A stretch of 64,000 nt of DNA from the human T2T-CHM13v2.0 reference genome, Homo sapiens: NCBI RefSeq assembly GCF_009914755.1, contig NC_060934.1; one strand, written 5' to 3'. Of this stretch, positions 32,686 through 49,110 are shown piece by piece. The translations under genes and the position numbers were made by a program. The notes below the pieces were generated by a model. The model was not told the DNA's origin, made no database searches, and saw only the letters and a list, made by a program, of their open reading frames with translations. Each line of letters begins with the position of its first letter. The stretch's first letter is position 1.

Positions 32686-33354
32686 CTGGGATAGAAGGTA
32701 ATGATTTAGTAAAAACCTATAGGGAAGGAGGGAATGAGCCATGTGGATATTCGGGAGGACAGCATTCCAGGCAGAAAGAACAGCATATGCAAAGACTTGG
32801 AGGCTAGAGCTGAGGGAGCAAGAAGAGGACAGTAGTAGGAAAGAAATAGAGGTGACCAACTTCCTGGTGGGAAGTTGGAAGGACTTTGGCTTTTCTTGGG
32901 GTGAGATGGAGCCTTTTATAAATTTTGAGCAAAAGAGTTCCATAATCTTTTGTTTTGTTTAATTTTTAACTGAATTATTATAGTTTCTGGGTTGAAAATA
33001 GGCTGAAGAGTTTGAAGAGTAGAATCTGGGAGGAGACCAGTGAGGAGGCTATCACAATAATACAGGATACAGGTGAGAGATGATGTGGCTTGGATCAGTG
33101 TGGTAGCAGTAGAAGTAATAAGAAGAGGTCAGGTCCTGGATGTATCTGGAAGATAGGAACCGCTGAATTTGCTAAAGGATTAGACTTGGATTGTAAGGAA
33201 AGAGGATTCAAATGTGACTCCAAGGTTTAAGGCCTGAGATGTTAATGAAATTATAAAACATGATAACACGAGTGGCATCTCTTTTGTGGGTCAGCACAGT
33301 GTTTGTGTCTGTGGGAAAGGAGCGGGGATGGGTCAGGCAAAACTTCACGGGGGA

Positions 33355-33737
33355 TGATGTGGTTTGGATATTTGTCACTTCCAAATTTCATGTTGAAATG
33401 TGATCCCCAATGTTGGAGGTGGGACCTGGTGGGAGGTGTTTGGGTCCTGGGGGCAGATCCCTCATGAATGACTTGGTGAAAATGAGTTCATTTGAAATCT
33501 GGTTGTTTAAGAGTCTGGCACCTCCCCTTTCTCTCTCGTGCTCCCTCTCTTGCTATGTGATGTACCAGCTCCCCCTTCACCTTCTGCCATGATTGTAAGT
33601 TTCTTGAGGTCCTCACCAGAAGCAGATGCTGGTGCCATGCTTCTTGCACAGACTGCAGAGCCATGAGCCAATTACCTCTTTATAAATTACCCAGTCTCAG
33701 GTATTTCTTTATTGCAATGCAAAAATGGCCTAACACA
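33355..33737 (+). mobile_element. MST (MaLR) solo LTR
   Basis: TG...CA termini; 5-bp TSD gggga at 33350-33354 and 33738-33742. Confidence 0.9.
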
Positions 33738-33772
33738 GGGGACCAGATATTTGAGTCATGAAAGATATATAG

Positions 33773-34151
<379 letters not shown>

Positions 34152-34537
34152 TTATAAGGATTATGGGTCCTGGAATTAGATTCAGTTTTTGGAGTGCAGG
34201 AAGCCTATAACAGGAAATGAGTTTAGAGAGGTAGAGAGAGTCCTTACATATTCGATGACAGGAATTTAAATTTTATTTTATGCATGATAAGGAGACTAGA
34301 ATTTTTAAAGTCTGCCAATGACATTATCAGATATCGATTTCAGAAAGATGAGAGAGTATGCACTATGGCAGAAGTGACGAGAATGGAGAGAGGAGATGAA
34401 TTTGAGAGATCTTAAGGTATAGAAACAATTGGATTTGGTAAACAATAAGATGTGGGATGTGGGGAGGGGTCTAGGAGGACCCTGAGGTTGCTGGGTTGTG
34501 TGACTAGGTGGATGGTAGTGCCATTATCTAATGTAGG

Positions 34538-34895
<358 letters not shown>

Positions 34896-35473
34896 CTAAG
34901 TTTGAGCTGCTTGTGGGATATTCTCTTGACACCCAGTAGGTGGATGGAAATATGGATCTGGTGCTCATGGGAGTGGACTTGGCAGAAATGTAAAGGCATA
35001 AGAAGTTATGACCTAGGTAGAATAAGTGAAGTAGGGAGAGAAGGCAAAGGGTGAAGGTCTAGGGAATACCAACATTTACAAGACACAAAAGTTGACTGAA
35101 AAGGAGCCATCATACACAGATGGAGGAGGAAAATCAGACATGAGGGGGGTTCTGGAAAATAAGGAGAGATCAATTTTCAAGAAAGAAGGAAGGCCAACAA
35201 TGGCCCATGCTACATAGATCCAAGAAGATAAAACACAAAAATTGGTCTTTGCTTTACAGGCCATTGGCAATCTTAGGGCAGTTTCATTGGCATGGTGCGG
35301 TGAGAAACGGGAATGCAATGGAAGGAGGAGTAAATGAATGAGGAGAGAATGGAGGTGATGAAGGAAGGCAAAGGTAGACCATGGTCTCAAGTAGCTTGTT
35401 TGTGAAGGAGCTGTTTTTGTTTTAATTAATTTTTTAAAAATTGTGATAAAATAGACATAAAAGTTACTATATT

Positions 35474-35774
35474 GCTGGGCCCAGTGTCTCACGCCTGTAA
35501 TCCCAGCACTTTGGGAGGCCGAGGTGGGCAGATCACCTGAGGTCAGGAGTTCGAGACCAGCCGCCTGACCAACATGGAGAAACCCTGTCTCTACTAAAAA
35601 CACAAAATTAGCTGGGTGTGGTGGTGCATGCCTGTAATCCCAGCTACTCGGGAGGCTGAGGCAGGAGAATCACTTGCACCCAGGAGGCAGGGGTTGCGGT
35701 GAGCCGAGATGCTGAGATCGCGACATTGCACTCCAGCCTGGGCAATAAGAGCGAAACTCTGTCTCAAAAAAAAA
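35474..35774 (+). mobile_element. AluSp-like
   Basis: ccaacatggagaaaccc; ggcaataagagcgaaact. Confidence 0.92.
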
Positions 35775-35794
35775 GTTACCATATTAATCATTTA

Positions 35795-35930
35795 AAATTT
35801 ATTTTTATTTTTGTAGAGATGGGGTCTTGTTATGTTGCCTAGGCTGGTCTCAAACTCCAGGCCTCCAGACAACCTACTGCTTCAGCCTCCCAAAATGCTG
35901 GGGTTACACGGTGAGCCAATGCACCTGGCC
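35795..35930 (-). mobile_element. Alu monomer (FLAM-like)
   Basis: TSD ccatattaatcattt at 35779 and 35929. Confidence 0.85.
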
Positions 35931-36813
35931 CATATTAATCATTTTTAACAGTATACTTAAGTATTTTTAAGTACATTCACATTGTTGTGCTGCCAATCTC
36001 AAGAATTTATTCATCTTGCAACACTAATAATTCATACCATTAAACAACAGAATTTGTTTTTAAGAATGAGAATCACTTAAATATTTTATATGCATAGGGG
36101 GATGAACCGGTACAGTGAAAGAGGATGAAGGTGTAGGAAAAATGAAAATTCTACCATTCTAAGAACTTTATAAGACCATTTCATCATTAAAAGACAGACA
36201 AATATCTTTACCCCTTTCTGACAACTCCTTCCATCTTTCTGAGTGCAGTTTTAATTTTCTACTTTCTATTACAAAAAAAAACAATAAAATTGATGATAAT
36301 TTTTTGTTGAGAAAGACGATTTATTTTTTAAGATAAATTCTGAGGCCTTTAGAAAGATACACACAAACTCCCATCTCTTTTATAATTATTCTTGTATGAA
36401 TTGGTGATAATATATACTTAACCATAGTATTTTCATGATGCTGAGGAGGGTGCGAACCTGGACAACGTGATTAAATTGTAGCACAGAGCATATTACCATA
36501 AAAAGCATTAAATGTTGTCAAAAGGCTCATGTAATATGAATTAGGGGTTAAAACTATGTTTCTATTACTCCATATTCAGTTTGGATGAACTTCAAATATT
36601 TATGAAGTGCTAGTTACTATAATGAGATTTTACCTCTCCTGGTTAAACCAGAAGTTGGGTACTAGAACAATTTACTTTTTACTAACTCTTTCTCTCCCTG
36701 ATGAAATGTAAAGAGAATGAGACAATTGTCAAAGTAACCTTTTGTCGACAACGTCTGATACAACATGACTGAAGTGACCTTGAATTTTAATTTTGTTTAA
36801 AATAGAGAACTGT

Positions 36814-37442
<629 letters not shown>

Positions 37443-38599
37443 CTAATGTAATAAAGTAGAGAACCGTTGCCACAGCACCCACCAAAGTGTGTCTCTCATT
37501 GACAAGCTCAGGTACTTGTTTGTCTGTTTCTCCTGCCTACCCCTCAGCCACTCTGGATCTTCCCTTTGATCATTCTTTTCTCTTTCTAGCTTTGATGTTT
37601 TGGTTTCCATTCTGTAATTCGCACACTATTTTGTGGACATGCTCTTTTCAAATTTCTCTCCAAAACAATAGTACAAAGGCAGTCATAAACCAATTGTTGG
37701 TTTTTACAAAAAATCCCATCATATCACCAAAAACCAGTTTTATCATAACAGGATGAATATCAGACCAATATTCATTATTAGAGATGTAGTCTAAACTGAC
37801 TCGAGAGAAGACATCCATTGAGTCTTTCATTCAGTGTAATTAGTTGTTATCATACATGCAAAATCCTATAACTATAAAGCATTTCAGAAATAAAGTATTG
37901 TTAAACAGCTCCAAATTTATTAAAGTATAAAAAATGTATTGAGTATATACCATGTGGCACCGTGCAAAGTAACAGAGATGCCTAAACTAAAAGGTTATCC
38001 TTTGTCCTTATTAAAGTATGACTGAAAGCTCGCTGGAGAATATAGTTTCTACATAGAGTCAAAACAGTCCTTCGGGCTCACAAATTTAATGATTTATATG
38101 GTATAACTGGCTTTAGATACAAATTTACATGCCAGACAAGCAATGTAGAAAAATCAAGAACTAGGAAACAGGAAAACAGATCTACATTTCTGCTTTGCTG
38201 CAATTCATTCATTTTTTTCAACCATTCATCAAATATTTATTGAGAGCCCATGCTGTGAGAGAAACTGTATTAGGTGCTGGGGAACATGGTAGCAAATAAG
38301 AGAGACCATGTATGTGAGCATGAGCAGGTGGCTTAACCTCTCCACATCTCTAACCTCTTTTAGACTCAATGTCTGAGGTATCTTTCAGACCTGAAATGCT
38401 AAGGTTTGCAACAGCCTTGTGGAGGGAGAAGCTGCCAAGTCGCCTTGGGACTTGAGGACTTACCTTCCTTTCAAAGGATTAGCCCTTGTTTTGATTTCAA
38501 AATAATTTTGTTACACAGTTTAAAAATAATTTGGTCAGGCTCTCATCTACATTGGGGTAATCTTGACGGTCTGGATGTGGTAATTCATGCTCATTAGAC

Positions 38600-39341
38600 T
38601 TCAAAGGTAGGAAGTCAAAGTTGGGAAATGGTGGATGACTTTCATCAATTCATAGCCAGGCAGCGGTTCCCATTGAGCAGCTCCTCTGTGGTTCCACCCA
38701 GCCTTCCAACCAATAACGCAGCGTCTCCTGCAGGAAACTCATCGCTTGGGTCACCTGTTGCTCTTTGCTCTAATGAGCCTTGAGAAAGGATTGCTGGTCA
38801 TGGGACCAGAGGCTTTATGGGGAGGGAAGAACTGTTCTTGACTTTCAGTTTTTCGAGCGGGTTTCAAGGTAACAACTTTCTTATTATCTAGCTTCATAAT
38901 TGCAGTAAGGAATAGCTTTTTTTGCTTGCAGCTGAGATGACTTTTTCAAGGGAGAAAAAGGGATTTCTATAACGAAGAGAGGGAGAGAGAGATGAAGAGG
39001 GAGGGAGTAAGGGAGAGAGGGAAGAAGGGAGAAAGAGAGAGAGATTTGAATATACATTGCTTCAAGGATGCAAAAAATTACAACCTGGAAAAGGCTTCGA
39101 GTAACTTTAGGAAAATGAGCTGCTGGACTCCTCAGTCAATCTGTCCTTTCTAGTCAATGAAAAAGACAGGGTTTGAGGTTCCTTCCGAAACGGGGCCGGC
39201 TAATTTAGCCCCTCCCACGAGCCCAAGGGTCTGTTATATCTCTGTTTCCTTGAGGACCTCTCTCACGGAGACGGACCACAGCAAGCAGAGGCTGGGGGGG
39301 GGAAAGACGAGGAAAGAGGAGGAAAACAAAAGCTGCTACTT
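38600..39341 (+). promoter_or_regulatory. ENTPD1: ENTPD1 proximal promoter and 5'UTR region
   Basis: Repeat-free and locally CpG-enriched. CCAAT at 38710-38714, a purine tract at ~38974-39044, a G run at 39294-39302 and GAGGAAA motifs before the ATG. The TSS cannot be fixed from sequence. Confidence 0.7.
38817..38868 (+). CDS. ENTPD1: CD39/NTPDase1 alternative first coding exon (MGREELFLTFSFSSGFQ + 1 nt)
   Basis: ATG GGG AGG GAA GAA CTG...TTT CAA G|gtaac; matches the recalled N-terminus of an ENTPD1 isoform; phase 1. Confidence 0.82.
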
Positions 39342-39357
39342 ATGGAAGATACAAAGG
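39342..39357 (+). CDS. ENTPD1: CD39/NTPDase1 canonical first coding exon (MEDTK + 1 nt)
   Basis: ATG GAA GAT ACA AAG G|gtaaga; human CD39 begins MEDTKESNVK. Strong donor, phase 1. Exon 2 was not seen in the window. Confidence 0.9.
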
Positions 39358-40279
39358 GTAAGACCAAAATTGATTTGATCTGAATCCTTAAGAAAAAAAA
39401 AATAGAAGGAAAAATAAAAGCCCAGACCAAAAAGCAAGTACTTGAAAGCTGGAGGCAAAAAGCCCTGAATGAACTTTCCCACCCTCTTCCTTCTGAGAGG
39501 AGGCAGAGAAAGAGCTTTGGGAAACTTTTTAGGAAGCAGAGTCCAGGGTTGCAGTCAAGGGTGGCTCTAGAGCAAGCTGGAGGGGCTCATGAATATTCAT
39601 TATCAATTTGTATTCAGAGTTGGTTTTTTTAGAGGCAAATGACTTTTTCAGTCCCCTTGCAGTTTAAGAGGCAGCTGCCTCATCTGCAGTCCGGACTCAT
39701 CTAGCCTCGGGTCTGTACCTCAGGGTGTTTGCTTGAAGATGCTGGGCTCTGCGTGTAGATTTGTTTTGTTCTCGAATTTCTTGCATGCTTTCCTGTTGTG
39801 AAATTAGCAAAGGCTTCTTTGCTGGGAACAAGACAGAGAAGTTAATGTGGCACAAGGCTGTCACAACAGGACCCCAGAGTATGTCTTTCAAAATGCTGAA
39901 AGTTTCTTGAGATATGTGGGGGAGTTTTATGTGGGGGACAGAGTGGGGGACGGGGACGGGTAGAGGGAGGAAATAGAATAATTCTATCTTAAAAGGGCAG
40001 GTCACATCTGACTACATTTAGATTTTGTCTAAAAACTACAAGAGCAGCCTGGTTTGCACAGATGGTGTGCAGTCTCTATCTTTTACCTCTTTTGGGCATT
40101 TTCTGCCAAGACGGAGAGCCAGCTGCTTGCCAGCGTGTGAGAGCCAGGAAGAATCTCTGCAGCAGTGAGGGAGTATAGGGTTGTAAACCTCCTTCTCCTC
40201 CTTCTTTATCATCTCTAACTTCTAACATTCCCACATGCTTATACCGTATAGAACATGGAAGAATAGCATGAGTAGCCAA

Positions 40280-40530
40280 CATATTTCTTAATACTTACAA
40301 TAATGATAGCTGTTAATGTTGACTAAGTCTTTATTCTGTGTTGGGAGCTATACCTAGCATATTACATGTGCTACTTACTTGTCACATGAACCTTACAAGT
40401 GCTATCATTGACATTCCCATTTTCCAGATGGCATAATTGAGGTACTGAGAGGATAACTTGCCTTGAGATCTCATAGTTAGTAAGGGCTGAGTGTGGATGG
40501 AGGTGGTCTGAGGCAGGGCTGGTGGGCTTT
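40280..40530. mobile_element. MIR
   Basis: cccattttccagatg...gaggtactgagaggataacttgcc. Confidence 0.7.
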
Positions 40531-40808
40531 TCCACTCCCCAATACTGTTTCTCTGCTTTTTCTGGTGCCCTGACATTGTGGATTTCAGGTTTGCAAATCC
40601 TTGAAGCTACTGGGGAAGTGATACTGGTAAAATCTTAAGTCTGTGAAGGAATTTGTACTTTGCACTCAAGTTCACATACATTTTCCTCATTTGGTGCTCA
40701 TGGCCATTCTCTATGAGAAGCAGGTATTGTTATTATGGTCTTTTGCAAAAAGGAGAAACTGAGGTCAGAAGGGGTTAGTTTGGTGACACCAGTCACAGCT
40801 AGTTGTCA

Positions 40809-41135
<327 letters not shown>

Positions 41136-41339
41136 TTTGGACTGGATCTGAAACCCTCTGCTTCTGGTTTTTCTTCCAACCTACAGAGCAGACCCAGTCA
41201 TCTCTGAACGTCTGTCCCCACCCCAAGCTGCGCCTCATTGAGTTGCTTTCAGTTCCCCAAAGGAACTGCATCTTTCCTCAGACTGAAGCTAGGCACTTTC
41301 TTCTGTTTTAAGGGCCTATCTGGTACTCTGCTTCCCCTT

Positions 41340-41535
41340 TAGTCTGGAGCCGAGCTGCCTGGGTTTGAATTTCAGCTCCACCATTTACTGTGTGCCTTAG
41401 TTTCATCATCTGTAACATGAAGAGAATAACAGTAACATCTATCTTACAGGGTTGTGGTAAGGACTGAATGAGGGATTCATGCAAAGTTTTTAGAACAGGG
41501 CCTGATATATAGTATTGCTAAATAAATATTAACAT
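41340..41535. mobile_element. MIR
   Basis: ctgggtttgaatttcagctccacc...ccttagtttcatcatctgtaa. Confidence 0.75.
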
Positions 41536-43110
41536 TTGCTATCACTGCTTGAAGCCTCATATTGGGTGTTATTCCCCTTTAAGCCTTCTCTAATCCTTCA
41601 AGTCTAGATTAGCCCCCATCTTGGATGCTTCTATAGTACCTCATCAGTTATGCCTAAGGTGGCACTCATCATACTTGTCCATGCTCCTGCCCTCTGCATC
41701 ACCTTCTCTCCCTTCCAATTATATTTTCTGTATTCACCTTTAGATCTGCAGTGTCTAGTGCAATTTTATTTTTAGTCTCTAAACTTGTGGCAACTTTCTC
41801 ATCAGTGTGGGCAGAGTGGTGGGAGAGGGGCCTCAGTCATGATAGGGGTACAGGAGGTAGCCACAGAGGATGACCATATAGCAGTCATAGAGGGCCAGAA
41901 GCCACGCAGGAAGTGGACATATGCTGAGTACTGATTCGGGAAGAGCACATGTCATTCAGCAACCAATGGTTAAGGTGTCAGGTTTCAATGACCTTCTCCA
42001 TGAGGTCTGTGAGGTCCTCTGACGTACTTATTGTGGGTCAGCTTGGCAGCCACATTCATCAGCCCCTGGGACAGGTTCTTGAATTTGGTGTTCCTCTCAG
42101 AGAACATCCCAAGCTTTCCTTAGAAGGTGGTACACACCAGGCTCTTGTGCAAGTCCAAAAGGTCCTTGTCAGCCATTAGCACCTTGAGTTCCCTAATGGG
42201 AACTCAATAAATATTTAGTAAGTGAAGTATTATTATTTTAGCTGATGCTCATTTGAGACCTTCAAGAGGCTTGTTTAAAAGGGGACCTTTGAGTTTGCAG
42301 TAGGGTTCCCCACTGGTACATATAGATCTTTGGCACAATCTGTAAAGACGTCCCTCTATGTGGATACACTGAAAAACAAAATGCATCCCTCTGGGTGGAT
42401 GATTTTCAGAGCTAATGTAACCCCATGCCAGGGCACCCTGTTGGGCAAGTGAAGCTCTGGCTGAACTTCAGCCCCTACTCCCTGCTCAGCCAAGGGCCAA
42501 ACTGGAGATTTCAGATGCCTCATAGCCAACTTTGCTTTCTCTGAACAGAACATCTGGTTCCATAAATAGTGTCTTTCTAGCCCTACTTTATAGCAACCTT
42601 GCTGTCTGAGATAATGTACTCTGGTAATGAAATAAAAACAAACACTACAGAAGTTGGCCCTGGGAAAAATCATAAAGTACGCTATGGTTTTTTCCAGCAC
42701 CCTCCCTTTCCTCTTCCTGGCATACCTTCAAACCATTTTGACAAATATTATTGTGTGTCTACCATTTGTAAGTTCCCATGCCACACAGATCCTTGGATAA
42801 ACAGTTTGCTCACGGTCTAGTGGGGAAGCCTAATAATAATAGCTGGGAAGTGCTAATAATAATAGCTAACATTGATCATTTATTATGTGCCAAACATTGT
42901 AATGTGTGTTGTCTCATGTAATCTTTACAAAAATTCCATGATATTGGTTTCTGCATCTTCCAGCTGTGGAAGGAGGTCATTTGGTTAAGGCCACACAGCT
43001 AATAATAGGCAGAGGGGAAATTTTGACTGATGTGGTTAGGCTGCAAAGTCTGGGATCCTAATGGATACGTTCTACCTCCTCAAGAGCTGTAATGTAAGTC
43101 TAAACAAAGT

Positions 43111-43300
43111 GCCATGACACAGTGGTGCACGCTTGTAGTTCCAGCTACTCAGGAGGTTGAGGCAGGAGGATAGCTTGGGCCCAGGAGTTTGAGGCTGTAA
43201 TGTGCTATATTTGCACCTGTGAATAACCACTGCACTCCAGCCTGGGCAACATGATGAGACTTTGTCTCTAACAAAATAAAAATAAAAAATAATAATACAA
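43111..43300 (+). mobile_element. Alu monomer (FAM/FRAM-like)
   Basis: tgtagttccagctactcaggagg...gaataaccactgcactccagcc; flanking repeat aaagtgccatga. Confidence 0.8.
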
Positions 43301-43832
43301 GAGAAAGTGCCATGAGAAGCAGAATAGGGAGCGATGGCTTCTGGAGAAACTTCTCAAAGGATAGGACACTTCAGTTGGATCTAGAAAGATGAGTAGAATC
43401 TGGTGCCCATGGCAAGCCCCTTCACCCTCCCAGCAGTGCTTGAAGATCTTTTCTCTCTTTTACCTTAACTATAGTGTAGATTTAAGAGTAAAAAGCCCCC
43501 TTTTTTCCCAAGCTCTGAGCAGTCAACCTACTTACATGTCCATCTTGGAGATTTGAAGGCAGAAGTACAGAGTTTATCCTTCACTATGGGTCGTGTAATC
43601 AAATAAGCCTTTACAAAGCAATCAGCTGCACATTAAATGATTTCCTTAATCATGATTGCACTGCGGGGTAATAACATACATCTGGTAAACAGTTTTTATA
43701 AATCATTGTGATTGGTATTGCCTTTACTTGGTCAAATTGCATTTTGAGAGTGCTTTCCCTCTTGTGTTGTCTTTTTGGTTGTTTCTCCGCTCTTTATAAC
43801 TGGTAATGGTGCTGAAGGGCACTAGTGTTTAA

Positions 43833-44237
<405 letters not shown>

Positions 44238-44397
44238 ATAGAGTCTATTCTTTTAAGTACTTCGGAGGAAGGCCAAAATCAAGGGCAGCCCCTGTGGTGA
44301 AGAATCACTAAATGTCTTGATGGTTTGGTGAAGTGTGCAAGAGTGGAGTCACTTGTTTGTCTTGGTGATTTTGGTGTGTGTGTGCATATGTTCTGAA

Positions 44398-44547
44398 GCA
44401 GTGCTTCTCAAACTTTAGCATGAGTATGTATCATTAGAGAACTTGTTAAAAATGCAGATTCTGATCCAATAGCTCTGAAGTAGGTCTACATTTCTAACAA
44501 GTTCCCAGGCGATGATAATGCTGCCCCTCCACAGACCACACTTTGAC
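44398..44547. mobile_element. MER5A (hAT-Charlie MITE)
   Basis: cagtgcttctcaaacttt...tttctaacaagttcccagg...gaccacactttga. Confidence 0.8.
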
Positions 44548-46186
44548 TGGCAATGTGGCAGGGTCATCGCATGCCTTAGTCTCAGGGCTTATTTTGGTAC
44601 TAAATGACCAAGCTCTTCCCACCCTCTACTCCCTCACCAAGCTGCCACTTCTAGTCACTGGTCAGGTGTCATTGCAGGATGATGGGAAGCCTAATTCATT
44701 TATTCATTCAGCAAATATATGCCCTAGAACAGGAAATTGAGGCTCCCAATTTGCCAAATCCTAGAAACTGGAATCTTCAGCACACAAAAACTACTGTTAC
44801 ACAAAAAGGCCTTGTGTTAGATTTCCTGCATGTCTCCACCTTTTCTCCATGGCTCCAAGCTTCCCTAAACTTCCCTTATTCTCTGCCTTCAACTTGAGAA
44901 GTACTGGAGCAGAATGTGTGGCTGCCTGCAGAATCTTGTGCTGGGTGTTGGAGTCCCAGGGAGCTAGAGGTAGCAGGGACTCAGGGCTCTGAGACTGGCA
45001 ACAGTGTGCCTGAGGCATTGTCTACGCTCTGCAGAAGAAAGGTGGGAATAATTCTAGGAGCAAAGCAAGGAAAGTGGGTGCAGAGAGAACCGATGGAATT
45101 TCTTTAGGCTTGAAAACTTGAGGGGGTTGTGAAGAGAAAATAAGTTGTTGGAGAAAAAAATCCAGAGTAGAGGTTGTCTAACATGTATGAAACATGCTGT
45201 TTTTGTTAGATCATCAAAGTGACTTTAGAGACCGACAGTGGCAGTACATGCCCTGTTACACAAAGAGGTGTTTCCTTCCATAACCACTGCTTGGTTTAAA
45301 AAAATTTAAAAAGAAGCAAAAAAAAAAAAAAAAAAGAAGTGTTTCCTTTTGATTCATAGGAAGGATGTAAAGCATTGCTTTATGTCCGTGAGGATACAAG
45401 TAACATAGCACATGCCCATTAAAGAAAACATGATACTATAGATTACAGTAGGGAAGAAAAACAATCACTTGTAATATTTTGGTGCCATTTCCTGGCAGTT
45501 TTTTTTTTTTTTTTTTACTATGCCTGGGTTGTTTCTCTCATTTGGCATTCACTTGAATAGGACCTTGAAAAGTTATGAGATGGCACCATGATCATTAGGC
45601 TATATATGCAGTTTTAAAGCCTGGTTTTACTGTAGCAGTGAAGCACACGTATTTTCCATTTTATAGCGTGGTCTTTGTTAGCGTAATTTTTATAGTCACA
45701 TAGTTTATTTAACAGTTCTCCTGTTATTGAATATTGAGGATGTTTCCATTTCCAATAAATGTCTTTGTGCAGGAAGTTTTTTCCATATGTAGGATTGCAC
45801 TCTGAGGACAGGATCCCAGAAATAGACTTACTAGATTGAAACTTGTTAATGTTTTTTAAAGTTCTTGATTACTGTTGCCAGGTTGCATTCCCAAAGGTTG
45901 GGCCCTTCATGCTCTCAAAAGCAGTTCCTGTTTTGTGGCATCCCTGACAGCTTTGGTGTTTTTGTTTTTAAATAATTTTATCAATTTTTAGATTGTTTTA
46001 GTTTGTATTTCTTAATTACAGTAAATTTGACATTTTTCACGATATACTTCTTTTGTATACTTTTTACATCCTTTTCCTGTTTATTATAATACTTATTTGG
46101 ATTTGATGTTTTTAATCAACTTATGTGCATGCTTTATCATATAAAAGTATTCAAGTTTTCCTGCCATACTTATAATAGTTTTTCTG

Positions 46187-46332
46187 TATTTATTTATTTA
46201 TTTATTTATTTTTGTTATGACGGGGTTTCACCATGTTGCCCAGGCTGGTCTCAAACTCCTGGACTCAAGTGATCTGCCTGCCTAGGCCTCCCAAAATGCT
46301 GGGATTACAGGTGTGAGCCACCACACCCGGCC
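46187..46332 (-). mobile_element. Alu left monomer (FLAM-C-like) within old L1ME
   Basis: (TTTA)n tail; flanking repeat atagtttt(t)tctg. Confidence 0.85.
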
Positions 46333-46714
46333 TCTGATAGTTTTTCTGAATCTGTTCTTACTGTGAATAGATCCAACACATTTTTATATGTGGTGTCATC
46401 GTTTTCTAAATAGTTTGACATCACATTTTTATTCTCTGTAGCCCAGAATATTACTTCTAAAAGATTGTAAATGATTTTTATTTTTGTTTGCCATTATAAT
46501 TAATTTTTCATTTTTTCCATGATGGTTAGAGAATATGGCTTTATAATTTCTGAGGTTTCCTTGTAACTAAGCATATGATGGGTTTGTGTAAATCTATGAA
46601 CACTTGTGAAGAAGCTGTATGTTTTTAGGATATAAAATTGGATATTTATTAATCAATCCAGTCTTTTCAATTATATGGTAATTTATCTCCAACCATAATA
46701 TTCTCTGATGGGTA

Positions 46715-46870
46715 GAGAGGAGCTTAGTCCTACCAACACCTTGATTTCAGTCCAGTGAAACTGATTTCAGCCTTCAGACTTCCAGAACTGTAAGAGAATA
46801 AATGTGTCTTGTTTTAAACCACTGAGTTTTTTATGGTAATTTGTTATAGCAGGCAAAGAAAACGAATACG
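46715..46870 (+). mobile_element. MLT1 (MaLR) 3' fragment
   Basis: caacaccttgatttcag...ccagaactgtaagagaataaat...ttgttatagcag. Confidence 0.75.
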
Positions 46871-47099
46871 GTAAGTGTTTAATGAAAGGAAGTGCTGGTG
46901 GCTTTAGTTAGTTAACACACAGGCTTATAGTGGACATTGGTTCGCACACTATTCTAATCACCTTACAGATGTTAATTCAGTTCTCCAACCATCCAAGGAG
47001 GTTGGTATTATTTACTGTTAAATAACTCAATTGTTAAAGTCTCTCAGTTGGTAAGTGTTGAAGTTGAGATTCAAATCCATAGTTGTTGATCTTATTATC

Positions 47100-49092
<1,993 letters not shown>

Positions 49093-49110
49093 TATCATAG
49101 ATTTACTTTT

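Noticed and set aside
42823-42868. Duplication gggaag..ctaataataatagct
   Set aside because: Ordinary short tandem duplication at an L2/MIR boundary.
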